Positions 1-12,166 of a stretch of 64,000 nucleotides of DNA are shown in pieces (position 1 is the stretch's first letter; each line of letters starts with the position of its first letter). The stretch is from Cycas panzhihuaensis (lineage: Eukaryota; Plantae; Cycadophyta). Position numbers and translations under genes: made by a program. Under the pieces are notes generated by a model. The model was not told the DNA's origin. It searched no databases and was given only the letters and a program-made list of their open reading frames with translations. The stretch lies in contig CM041465.1 of assembly GCA_023213395.1 (NCBI GenBank), positions 163,439,741 through 163,503,740 of the forward strand, in the 5' to 3' direction.

Positions 1-88
1 TGAGCACCCACATGTGTAAATTGATGAGAATGAGGTGTGCACTCCTAGTTGGAAAGTGAGAGTGGGGTGATGACTATTAACCCCAACA
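1..88 (-). repeat. Partial 3' LTR of element A
   Basis: Near-identical to 5917-6004. The adjacent TTCCCCCCCTTAA (89-101) is the reverse complement of a PPT. Confidence 0.9.
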
Positions 89-168
89 TTCCCCCCCTTA
101 ATGGTCATCACAAATAATGTTTTCTCTTTAAACTTATGGAATTTGTACTTGAAAAAAACTTTAAAATT

Positions 169-830
169 CTATCTCTTAACTTGATCTTTATTAACTTGCT
201 TCAACTTGCTAACAACATGTGTCCTTGTATCATGAAGTGGTATAAAAAAACTGTAAGTAAATGTAGCTTGATTGAAATGTGGAGGTGTGACTGGAACTTT
301 GATTTTGTCAACAGGAACTTTAAGAAAACTTTGAACTTGAACTTTATTTTCTAAAAACTTTACATTGTGAACAACTATCAAATCATCATAACTCTCCCCT
401 ATCATATCATAAGATTCTTTCTCACCCTCAAATGGAAGATCAGGTTTTTGTGCAACAAGATAATCATGCCTTTGATCTAAATCTTCCTTGGTTTTTTCAT
501 TAGAATTTATCTGTTTTGATACTTGTCTCATATGCTTAACAAAATCAACATAAAATATATTGAGGGTATCTCCCCCATAAGTAGAAATCAAAACATCCCA
601 TACAGATTTAGAAGTTGTTAATTCACAAACTTTAGAAAATATATTATCATCAATAGTATAAAATAATATCCTTAAGACTTCATTATCCTTTTTAAATTTT
701 TTTTTAATACTAAGATCACATTCATGTTGTAAATATTTCCAAAGATTATATGTAATGAAATAATTTTGCATTATTTGATGCAATAGTGAAAAATTATGGC
801 CATCAAATATAGGAAATTATATTTGATTAA
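169..830 (-). CDS. Truncated Copia-type Gag (N-terminal region) of element A
   Basis: 204-aa ORF with MQNYFITYNLWKYL...ILFYTIDDNIFSKVCELTTSKSVWDVLISTYGG, typical of the Copia Gag N-terminus. The upstream FPIFDGHNF motif appears out of frame. No zinc knuckle or pol follows. Confidence 0.65.
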
Positions 831-2729
831 GATTGATTGTCATTTTACATAAACCTTTAGTACATAAAAGGATATGCTTTTACTAAGTCAAAAAAGTCAA
901 TAAACCAATGAACATATATGATTTTAAATAAGCTTTTTGAAAGGGATGTAATGCCTTTTAAAAGTGAATCAACTAAATGTAACTTTTATAAGTGCAATAA
1001 AGAAATAAGCTTTTTAACAAGGAACTTTTCAATAAATGTATGCCTTTTGAATAAATGACAACCTTATAAGATATAATTTTAGGTAGAATTTAAAATATAA
1101 TAAATATATAAGCAAATTTAAAGTGTAACAAATATCCTCTTAAATATGTAAATCTAAAATAAACTTTAATAAAAAAATAAAATGTCAGAATAAGGTAATG
1201 TTGGTGCATCTTAAATACTCAAGTTTAGCAGCTTCAAAGTTGTACTAAATGATGTCAGAATAATATGAAACTTTACTAGTATAAAGATTAATGAAATGTC
1301 TATTTAATGGAACTGATCGTTTTGAAAACGGGTTCCTATCAGTCAAATTTTGATGAACCAAATATACAGTCCTTGTTTTGAGGCCTAACAGGAGCCTGGG
1401 CCTTAAAATAATATAAAAATGTTAATAAAAAACTTATAGAATATTGTAAAATAGTCAATTATAGTTTATAAGGCTACTCAATATATGTTTGAATTGAAAA
1501 TTTGAGAAATAATATATAAAAAATCTATAATAAAGGTAGATTAGATGCTATTAAGTACCCCTACTTTAATGCTTTTGAAAACTAGAGGAAACACATCAAA
1601 AGTTATAAAAAATAATGTCAGATTAAAGAGGAGTGAGTCAAGTTCAAGGAAACCGATGAATCAATACGATATAAAACACAAAAGTTATAATAAAAATGGC
1701 AACAAGTACTTTTATGGTAAAAAGTTTAAAAAGTGTTAAAAAAAATACTAAAGTGTCACTTTGGACAATTAAAATAAATTCTAAAAATTAAAATAAATAA
1801 GTGGTAATGATGTTTGTTAGTAGTAGATGACTGCAAAATAGATCCAAGTAGAAAATAATCTCCCAGTGATAAACTATAATCTGTTAAAAAAATGATATTG
1901 TAAAAAAGTTTAAAAAGACTCAAAAATTTGTTGTATGACTTTAAATGACTGAAAATAGGTCAAATCAGCTCCAAATTGGTCATATGACTAGTCAAAATCA
2001 CACTACAGGAAATTCTAGATGTAACGGGATAGGTTTTGTTAGAAACCAATGACTCAGTGAAAAGTTATGGCAAAAATTTACTAGGTACCTTATATAAAAT
2101 TAAAAAAATAAAAGAAAAAAGTTTGTAACTTTTATGTTGGCCCCTAACTAATGGTCACATAGAGACGTCTTGTGACTGGGGACTGAGTATATGAGAGGGC
2201 TAGGGTTTTAAAACCCTAGAATAGGAATATTATTCAATATAATTAAAATTTTTAAACTTTATAAAAAAATAAAAGTGATAAAAAATAAAATATAATATAT
2301 TACTGCCACCACCTGATCACGCAGACGGTGAAAACAACTTAGAGATGGCAATCGATCAAAGCTCAAAGCTAATTGATATTCAATCAAGATGATTGATCTA
2401 CTTAGTAACACTTAAGATAGCTCAATTATATATATATTTATGTTAAGAAAATAAAAAAAGAATAAAAAATTATTGAAAACAAATAGTGCGCAGAGATTCC
2501 ACTGCAAAAAAAATTGCCTTCCCTTCTTAATATGCCATCAACATCTCATTTCATTAATTGTTATTAATGGAATTTCAGGGAACATTCTTGATTTTTGATC
2601 TCAGGTGTTGGAATTGCATGCAAGGTCATAATGGGCAAAAGGCGATTACTGTTATTCTTGCTGCTATTACGAGTAACCCTGCTAAGATAAACACAAATGC
2701 GAGTGCACTCAAAGAGAAAGAAAAGGAAA

Positions 2730-3030
2730 AAGAGAAGGAGAAAGAGGAAGAGGTGTCAAAGGGTAGTGATGATGAAGAACAAGGCCTAGATTTAAAGCAT
2801 ATTAGAGATGTTGTTAAAAAATCTGGCAGAGGAAGAGGCAAGAAGAGGCATTACACTACGTTTGAGCTTGATGGAAATCATTATGAACTTGAAGACCCTG
2901 TATTGGTAACACCTGAAGAGAAAAATGAGAAGCCTTACGTTACTATTATTAAGGAGATAAAACAAGCAAAAGATGGCTCTATTGTTGTCATAGGGCAATG
3001 GTTTTATCGACCTAAGGAAGCTGACAAAAG
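2730..3030 (+). pseudogene. Captured fragment of a BAH-domain chromatin reader gene (AIPP3/BDT1-like)
   Basis: Translation KSGRGRGKKRHYTTFELDGNHYELEDPVLVTPEEKNEKPYVTIIKEIKQAKDGSIVVIGQWFYRPKEADK matches my recollection of the N-terminal half of the plant AIPP3-type BAH domain. It breaks off mid-domain and lies inside element A. Confidence 0.75.
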
Positions 3031-3976
3031 GAGGGAGAATGAGGGCAAAGTGATTGTGCCAAAGATCTGATATTTAACGGTTAAATAATAGTAAATTATT
3101 AAACAATGGACTGGTATCTATAGTGCATCCAAACAAATACAAGCTTTACGTGCTCTCACTAGGGTGGTCCTTACATTCTATTCAACCTTGTCTGCAACCT
3201 TTCCACTGTCGTGACTTATGTTGTGGATGCTAAATTTAAGCGGTGCCTTCTCTTTTTTAGAATTATTATTATTATTTTTTTCCTTATATATATAATAATA
3301 AAAAAAAGTTTTTTTTTTTATGACTACTAAGTGTGATTATGCATGTGTAGAGTTGTTTCTCATTTGCTCGTAAAATATACATGCTTAAGATAAGTAGGAA
3401 GTTAAGGATGATGAGTATGAATTAAGCAATATGGGATCTGATGCTGCTAGAATTTTTAGACAAGTAGGCAAAAAAAACTAAGAAAGAACACTAAAAAACC
3501 CTATTGCTGCCTCTCAGAAAGAAGATGATGAATGTAATGCACTGGGAAGATGGAAGCAGATGTAGTAATCAGGGGCCACCAGATAGTTCATGTTATGTAT
3601 TATTTATCGATTCCGCTTCAGTTTGACCTTCGATGCATCCGGCTATGTCTGGACTAACATGCAAGTTTTTTATTTTTTTTTTGGAGATCCATCATTCTTC
3701 AGTTTTTAGTATTTGTAGAAATTCTTATCAATACCTTTTTTTTGCTTTTCCTTTGTTATATGTATGCAACAATATAATTTCAATGCAAAATTCTTTGACT
3801 TAAGGGAAAATTCTCAAAATGAAATGGTTATAGTGCTACCATAGAATGTCAGCTGTTGATGTGTTTGTGGTATTTCTACCTTAGCAATTTTATTGTAGTA
3901 ATGAGATAGCACAGATGGAAACCTAAGTGCTAGGGCTATGTATAGTAATGTAAAGCATTTACCTATAATGTAATGT

Positions 3977-4093
3977 AAATGTCTGATATTTCAAAGATGT
4001 TTTTGGAAGCAAAGGACAATATGAAGTTTTTAACAACTCTTGAGCACTATTTCAAGATAATTTCTAGTGGACCTTTGTTAAGGGTTCTTGAAA
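3977..4093 (+). pseudogene. Captured fragment of axonemal dynein heavy chain (DHC1/DNAH10-like N-terminal stem)
   Basis: MSDISKMFLEAKDNMKFLTTLEHYFKIISSGPLLRVLE; a sub-segment of the longer copy at 12167-12560. Confidence 0.8.
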
Positions 4094-5596
4094 ATAGTAT
4101 ACAAATATTTTCTATTTACAATTTAGACTATTTATGGATTTTTTTTAGATATTGGAGGTGTACGGATGTATATTGAGGATGTTTTAGTTTCAAACGAAGA
4201 AGATGGTTGTTTTTATGCTTTTAACCTTGTAACAGGTTATAAAAGAGAGATCTGGCTCATTAGATCTCACCACCACACAGGCTCTCAAGGCCTATATGCA
4301 AATGGATCAAATGTACAAATATAGCAGAAAAAATGAGTATTGTGTTTGAAATCTTTCAAATATACTTTGAGGTTTTACAAAAAAAAATCTTCAAATAATA
4401 ACACTAAAAAACATTTAATGGAGGAATATAATCATACAACAGAACCATAATAAAACCAAGAAATTTTTAAATATATTGACAGAAATATATCAAATAAATT
4501 AAATGCATATTTATTTGTATCTAAAATATTTTAAAATATGTGAAGCAGATATATCAGAGAACCAAGAAATATATTTATACGTTTAAATCTAAAAAAAATA
4601 AAGAACCTAGAAATACAACTATGACATATTTATAGAAAATAAACTTTTGAGAACAAGATCATCTTCAAACAAATCAAAACTTCAAGCAGATTTCTCTAGT
4701 AGGCAGATCTACTATAAAATGTAATTTGTTGGGCTGAATATGCACCAAAACTTACAGATCTAAAAAAGACCTTAAAAAATGGTCAAATATATGATAAAAA
4801 ATGCAGATATGAAATAAGTATAGTAGATCTAAAGTAGATATTACAGATCTAAATAAAATATTATATATCTAAAACAAAAAATCTAGAAAATAGTGAAATA
4901 ATTAATAAAATAAGCAGATCTGAAAAATATATAGCAAATCTAAAAGAAACTTGAGTAAATATTATAGATCTAAACAAAATAAACTAAAAAATTATCAAAT
5001 ATTTGATAAAATAAGTAGATATGAAGGATATATAGCAGATGTAAAGAAAAATTTGAATAAATACTACTTGTAGTTGAACTCTTGCATAGATCTGGGAAAA
5101 TATAAGATAAATAGACAAGAATTTGCTAAAAAATGGTAAAATATATGATAAAATATGTAGATTTAAAATATATATAGCAGATCTGAAGAAAACTTTAAAT
5201 AAATATTACTTGTAGCTAAAATTCTATATAGATCTGAAAAAGTATTAGATAAAAGGATGAAATATGCTTAAAAAATGTCAAATATATGACATAAATATAT
5301 AAGACCTATTGATAAAACCTCTTGTAGAGTGATAAAAACTTGATGTTTACTATTTTTCAACTATGCACTTGCATAAATCCAAAGGAAATCTAAAATATGT
5401 TTATTATATCACAAGTATATCTTCAAGAATAATCAAATCTCTGATAAAAAATATAAGAAACTATTGAAAAAACTTACAGAAAATAAATATAACCAATATT
5501 TGCTTGCTTGAGTAAATTTGCTTCAAATGCCAATAAATCTTATTACTCTTTCAAAAAACTTCAACAATGGATCGTTAACCTGGCTTTGATACCAAA

Positions 5597-6004
5597 TGTA
5601 GGAAAAAATAATCATGGAGAATAGGGTAGAACATAAAATGGATAATCATAAATCAATACAACATTGTTGTATAATAACATGAATACATAAAACTTGTATA
5701 TTCAATTCATTGTTGTGAAGTGAGTATTATAAATGTTCATAATAAAAGCGGTGTCTTAAGATACTAGGGTTGCACACCCCTCAAATTATATAGTTTGGGG
5801 GAGGAGGGAAACTCCTCAACCCCTAAAATTTAAATAATAATAAAATAATATAAACTTAACTCAAAATAAACTTAACTCAAATTAACTAAACTTATCTTAT
5901 ATTTACCTACACATGTTGAGCACCCACATGTATAAATTAATGAGAATGAGGTGTTCACTCCTGGTTGGAAGGTGGGAGTGGGGTGATGACTATTAACCCC
6001 AACA
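5597..6004 (-). repeat. 5' LTR of element A (about 408 bp)
   Basis: TG...CA termini, immediately followed on the minus strand by a tRNA-Met PBS. Homologous to the LTRs at 10550-10940 and 15145-15547. Confidence 0.9.
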
Positions 6005-6590
6005 ATGAGAAGTTTGTTATAATCCACCACACATCATTCCCTTATTATCTCTAAGCAAATAAGAAAGTAAAGGGTTTTAATGAGATGCTAGCCAAGATAT
6101 TAGCTAAAACTATTTTTGTTTCAAATAAGGACTATCATACTTAGTTATATCTAATGCTATAGATATATAGGATTTCCATTCATAATGTCATATGGATGAG
6201 ACTATTATCTTTTGTTAATGGCATTAAAATTATGCTTCCCCTTAAGCTTGGCATCCCCTCACTTTGAATTTTACTTAAAGAGTTTACTAACTATGAGTGA
6301 ATAGCATAAGTCTAGCTCCTAAAGATAAAATAAGGAATATTAATACAACTTGTCCCTTAAGAAGAAGGATCAAGCTACCTATAATATAATCTTATGGCCT
6401 AGAAAGTTTAAAATAAGGGACAAGGTCCTTAAACTCAAGTACCTTAATAAAAAATGACAAATTATTTTACCCAAATAGGAAGGACCTTATTTCACAACTA
6501 AAAATTTAGGTAATATAGCTATTAGATCTCAAAGCTATTATAAATATAAATTTACACTAATAGTAAATTAGAATTTAGATTATTTACATA
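6005..6590 (+). mobile_element. Degenerate Gypsy integrase fragment (insertion site of element A)
   Basis: Stop-riddled translation IHHTSFPYY..AN..V.GFNEMLAKILAKT, with a later GPY-like motif (gaaggaccttat). Confidence 0.6.
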
Positions 6591-6599
6591 GTGGAATAT

Positions 6600-7990
6600 A
6601 ATATGTATATATAATGACTAAATTATCTTATGAGGATACTTATGCATATAATAGAATAAACATGAATATAAAGTACTAAAATAGTTAAGTCATGCATTAA
6701 TAAGCATCACCACAATAAAGACAATACATTTATATGTAAAAAATTTAATATGGAAAAGCCCATAATTAAAGGTGGAGTTTAGAGCTTCTCTTTATGGTAA
6801 AAGTAAGTACATTTCATTTCTCAAATTCTTAAGTGGTGTGTGCATATTATTTATAATAATAGTTACCTTATGAGTAGCTAATAATTTCTCTTGAGCTATT
6901 TTATTATCTAATGGTATATTCATATGGATAGATGCACATCTCACATATATTAATATATGTGAGTAATGGGATTATGTATGTGTTAACATAATGCTATTAA
7001 ATATTATATATTTGAATAAATCACACATTTTAACATTCCTCCTTAATGTTTAATGTCCTCAAATCTTATCTTCAAGTTTGTTAGATCTTGTAACCTATAT
7101 AACAATCTATATTTATATCATTACCTATAACCTATAATTCATCATGTCATCCATCATCCTTAAATCTATAATCCATAATATTATTAAATAATAACAACCT
7201 CATTATTACATCAATAATATACTATCATAATCATAAAATCATCATGTATTTCAATATATCTTTTAGCTATCATTCACTATTTATTTTTGCTATTTAAATA
7301 TCACTACAACATGGAGTTTTATATACCTCTATTTTTCTATCAATCATGCCATATCTTACCCTATACAAGTATTCTACTTATTTCAGTTTGATTAATGAAA
7401 TTACTAATTTACTTGCTTTCTCTCTTTCCATGTTTCTTTTTTATTTAATTCAATCACACCTTGTACATCTCTCAACATCTTAATAGGTTGCAAAATACCT
7501 TTGAAGTGGAAGAAAATCCACAAGTAAAGTAGACAAAAAATTCCTAAAATAATAACTAGATAAAGAGAAATGTCATTAAACCTAACTTTTCTATCACTAA
7601 TTATGAGGTTAAGTGAGATGGCATATCTCAAAAAATCTCAATCACTTCTGTAGGGGGCTAGCCTATTTTAATAAATGCAACTGGTAATGGTTTCTTGTCT
7701 TCTCACATCTAGTGGACTCTATTTTTAATCTTGTATATTTATTAAATTAGGTACTAACATGCTAAAATAATATCCACATAAATTCAAATTAACATACCAT
7801 TAGTAATGTTATTTTATCATCATGCAACTTCATCTATTTCTTGTATGTCACTTTTATCTCTTGTATATAGATCTCATTCATCTTCTTCTGCCCCCTGAAT
7901 CTCGATCATATGACACTGGCATATTTAAATTTTTATCTCATTAAATTTATGTTATAACTGTTAAAATAACTTAATTCATGCTTCATGAGG
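6600..7990 (-). mobile_element. Degenerate Copia 3' remnant (RNase H, PPT, LTR)
   Basis: PPT-LTR junction TTAAGGAGGAA-TGTTA on the minus strand at about 7031-7046. RNase H-like QPIKMLRDVQGVIEL lies in ORF 7404-7631. Confidence 0.45.
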
Positions 7991-9196
7991 CAAAGTGTAA
8001 TACACATTTATACAATTATTTCTATTATGATGTTGGTATTTTATGATGGGTTCCACGTATAGTCAAGTTGTGTATTATAAATATACACTCAATGTATCTG
8101 TTATAATATAATGTTTTATCTTAAGATTATTAAAGAAGAGGAGTAATATAATTAAACTCTCATTGTACTTAATCTACACATTTAGTTGTAATAATTATGT
8201 AATAGTTACATGGTCTAATATATAAAAAGAAGGATTACCTCACATAATAATTAATTAGTTCTTCTCCATCATTTTGAGAAGCCTGATTTTAACATGGTAT
8301 TATAGCATGTTGTGCTATTCATTCAATAATTTTGAGCAAAAGTAATCAACTAGATCATGTGAATGGGTTTAAGTTTATGTCAAATTATTCACAAAAGAAG
8401 ATAAAGTCATCAAAGGATAGAATCTCTCATTATACGGATTTGTACAAAATTGTATGTATATGTATAGACTCAAAATTCTTAAAGTTTTCAAATCAATCTA
8501 AACTTTTAATAATGGGTACACCTCTATATGTATGTTATTTCTTCTAACTAGGTTAACTTTATTTGAAGAGTTTTTAAAGGAGAAAATCAAACTTTTCTGA
8601 GAGGAAAATTAATCATTCTAATCAAATATGTTTGTAAAATTAGGTAATATTAGATTCATTCCCTTAGTTTTTGAAACCTATTTCTTTTGATATAAGTCTT
8701 ATAGATTTTCATGTCCATTTTTAGATTTTTCAAGCATTTTTCAACAAAACCCTAAGTATGTAGTTTAGATCTTCGAATCCCATTTTCTCCCTATTTAAAA
8801 AAAATGTTCCAAAAAGAATCATAGATTAGGATACCTATTTGAGAGATCTATAATTTATTTATTTTTTTTTCATTAATTCTATACAACTTTAAATCTGTAC
8901 GAAAATCCATATAGACATCTATATAGTCGTATAATCCTAATCTCTCATACCTCCCTGACTTATCAGATCAATTTTTAACTTAATATAATCATGGCATCCT
9001 TAATTTTAGGCCTCAATGATATAGATAAACTAACTAGGAATAATTACCATATTTGGTGAATTAAAATGAAAGCCTTACTATGTGCTAAAAGTGCTTAAGA
9101 ATAAACTATAAGGGAAGAAAAAGTATTAGAAAATAAAAGAGATGCCTAGAAAAGCTAGAAAGAAAAGAATAATTTAGGAGTAAATATTAGATAATG

Positions 9197-9819
9197 TGAT
9201 AACAATGTTTTGGAGGCTAAAATTTTAATAGGTTAGCAGTGTAGTTTCTCCCCCCCAACTTCCTCAGGGGGATCCAAGAAGGGTAGGATCCCCCCATGGA
9301 GAGGGGGTTTGAGGGTGATATCCCTCGACCCAAAAAGCTGACACTGAAAAGCATACTAAATTGTAAAGAGAATTAAGGTCATTCACTCAAAATGCCTTAG
9401 ATTTAATGGTCGATATTTGTGCCTTGTATGACTATTTTATATAGTCCAATTTAGAGTGGTTTTTCTTTATGTTGATGGTGTTCAATGTATTGGATGTACT
9501 GTGAAGAGTTGGGTGGCTGGTTGTTGTGGCTATGAGTATTCTATTATAGATTATATACATTTCTCAATTTTTTGATAATAAAGTTTGATATCTTTCTTAT
9601 ATGGATATTTCCCTACCACACTGCTAAGGTTTTACCACATTATATTAGGTATATATGTGATGCTTTAGCTTTCTAATTTATTTATTATATTATCTTTAGT
9701 TTAAGAACTTACATGTTAAATTTTAGTTTAGATTCTTATAACTAGTTATAAAATAATTTAGATCTTGGTGACAGTTTCTAGTTATTAGGACTTAGTTTAC
9801 TCTAGAGTAATAACTTCGA
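9197..9819. mobile_element. Probable solo LTR inserted in Copia gag
   Basis: Starts with TGATAAC, is flanked by TAATG/AAATG (4/5 TSD), and the gag reading resumes directly after it (MSVSDNLL). Confidence 0.45.
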
Positions 9820-11440
9820 AAATGTCAGTCTCTGATAATCTTTTAATATACACTGATAAATTAAATTCCTGCTCTCAAATTTAGCAGACTTTTAAAAATC
9901 TCTATACCTAAAAGAATAGAGTAAGGATTATAACCTTGAAAGAGGAGTTATTCAAACTGGTTATTGAATAAATAGAAATAGTAGTGGACTTCATTCATAA
10001 AGTCATTGCTATTTGGAATGAACTCTTAAGTACCAGGGCAACCATCTCTAAAAGAGAAATAGTCAAAATGGTAGAAGGAAAATGCTTAAAAGCATTTGAT
10101 ATAACCATCAATACAATAACTAATACTAGTATAATTGAAGAAATGATTCTTGATAAACTGATTAGTATGTTGTTGAGATAAGAATAAAGAAATAAAAAAT
10201 ATGAAGACATTAATAAAATAGAAGATGCTTTTGTGATAAAATTAAACATAGGAGGCTCGAGAGGAAGAGGATGGTTTAGAGACAGAGGATATACTCCTGA
10301 ATTTAGGAATCCTTCACGAGGAAGATGGTTAGAAAACTGGGGACACAGTTATATGTATCCTCTAAGAGATGCTCAAGTTTATTTCAAATGTGATAAGCTT
10401 GGATACTTTTTAAGTAAATGCCATATGTTTCATGTTTTTTATCACTGTGGATAGCCAAGACACTATCCATATCAGTGCCATTAATGAAGAGCAGAGATTT
10501 ATTAAGGGAAGAGATCAACTAAAAATTACAATAAAGAATAATTAGAGGATGTTGGGGTTAATACTCATAACCCCACTCCCACCTTCCAACCAGGAGTGCA
10601 CACCTCACTCTCATCAATTTGCACATGTGGGTGCTCACATGTATAGGTAAGTATAAGGTGAGGTTGATTTGATTTAAGTTAATTTAAGTTATGTTACTGT
10701 TTTATTGTTATTTAAATTTTAGGGGTTGAGGAGTTTCCATCCTCCCCCAAACTATATATTTTGAGGGGTGTGCAACCCTAGTGTCTTTAAATACCACCTA
10801 CTTTTGGATATTTGTAATGCTCTCTTACAAAAATGGATTGAATACAAAAGCTCTTATGTTTATGCAATAATGATGTATTGATCTATGATTATCTTGTTTA
10901 TGTTCTACACTGTTCTCTATCAATTATTATTTTTCCTATATTTGCTATAAGAACAAGTTGATATATTAGCATTTTGCTAGCTTATTAAAGTTTTTTGAAT
11001 ATTAAGAAAGATCTATTAGCATTTGCAACAGATATACTCACAAGCAAGTAAATATTGGTTACATTTATCTTCTACAATTTTCTTTTAGCAGTTCCTTGCA
11101 TTATTTTTCATCAGATTTACTTATTATTGAGTTATACTTATGAAATAATAAATATATTTCAAATATTTTTTTAGATCTGTGCAGGTGCATAGTTGTAAAT
11201 AATAAATATCAAGTTTTTATCACTCTACAAAGGTTTTATCAACAAGTTTTATATATTTTTATCATATATTTGACTATTTTTAGGCATATTTTATCTATTT
11301 ATCCAATACTTTTTTCAGATCTGTGCAGAAGCATAGCTGCAAGCAATATTTATTCAAAGTTTTCTTCAAATATGCTATATATTCTTTCAGATCTATATAT
11401 TTTATCATATATTTGACTATTTTTCTAGTTTATTTTGTTT

Positions 11441-11600
11441 ATATCTATAACATTTGCTTTAGATCTATAATATTGGCTATAAATCTACAATATTTACTTT
11501 AGATTTATAATATTTACTTTAGATCTATAATATTGGCTACAGATCTATAATATTTACTTTAGATCCGTAATACTTACTTTAGATCAGTAATATTTATTTA
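11441..11600 (+). repeat. 20-bp tandem array (consensus AGATCTATAATATTTACTTT, about 8 units) in the leader of element B
   Basis: Exact 20-bp periodicity is visible. A shorter version lies at about 4820-4870 in element A. Confidence 0.85.
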
Positions 11601-12166
11601 AGTTTTCTTTAGATCTACTTATTTTATCATATATTTGACCATTTTTTCAAGTTATTCTTTCAGATTTGTGTAAGTTTTTTGGTTTATATGCAGCTTAACA
11701 AGCCTCTTGGAAAAGTTATTCTACAATAGATCTCATTTTGAGAGACCAACCTGCTATAAATTTGCTACAACTGCATTATCAAGTTCCTCATTTTTTTAAA
11801 ATTTAAACATATATATATTTCTTGGCTCTTTGATACATCTGCTCTAGTATATTTAAAAAATTTCAGACACAAATATATATATATATATATCTTTTTGTTA
11901 TATTTAGAAAAATTTCTTAGTTTCATTGTGGCTCTGTTGCGTAAAGATTTCAGATACAAATATATATACATTTCTTAGTTATTTGATATACTTTCTTTAA
12001 TATTTAAAAATTTTCTAGTTTCATTTGTGGCTCCATTGAATCACCAGATTTTTTCATGCTTCTTTATATAAATATATATATATATATATTTGAAATATCT
12101 CTTCCATGATTATATTTTTCTGTGCACTGAAGCCACTTTATTGCTGTAAGTTATCTTTAAAACCTC

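Larger units (their letters stand above)
1..6004 (-). mobile_element. Non-autonomous gag-only (TR-GAG-like) LTR retrotransposon copy A carrying host gene fragments; 3' LTR truncated by window edge
   Basis: On the minus strand: 5' LTR 6004-5597 (TGTT...TACA), PBS TGGTATCAAAGCC at 5594-5582 (tRNA-Met type), polypurine tract at 101-89, and a second LTR copy starting at 88. The internal backbone is collinear with element B in inverted orientation. No pol domains are visible. Confidence 0.88.

Noticed and set aside
11441-11600. Short regularly spaced repeats resembling a CRISPR array
   Set aside because: Contiguous tandem units with no unique spacers, no cas genes, and a eukaryotic context. The same applies to 62707-62925.
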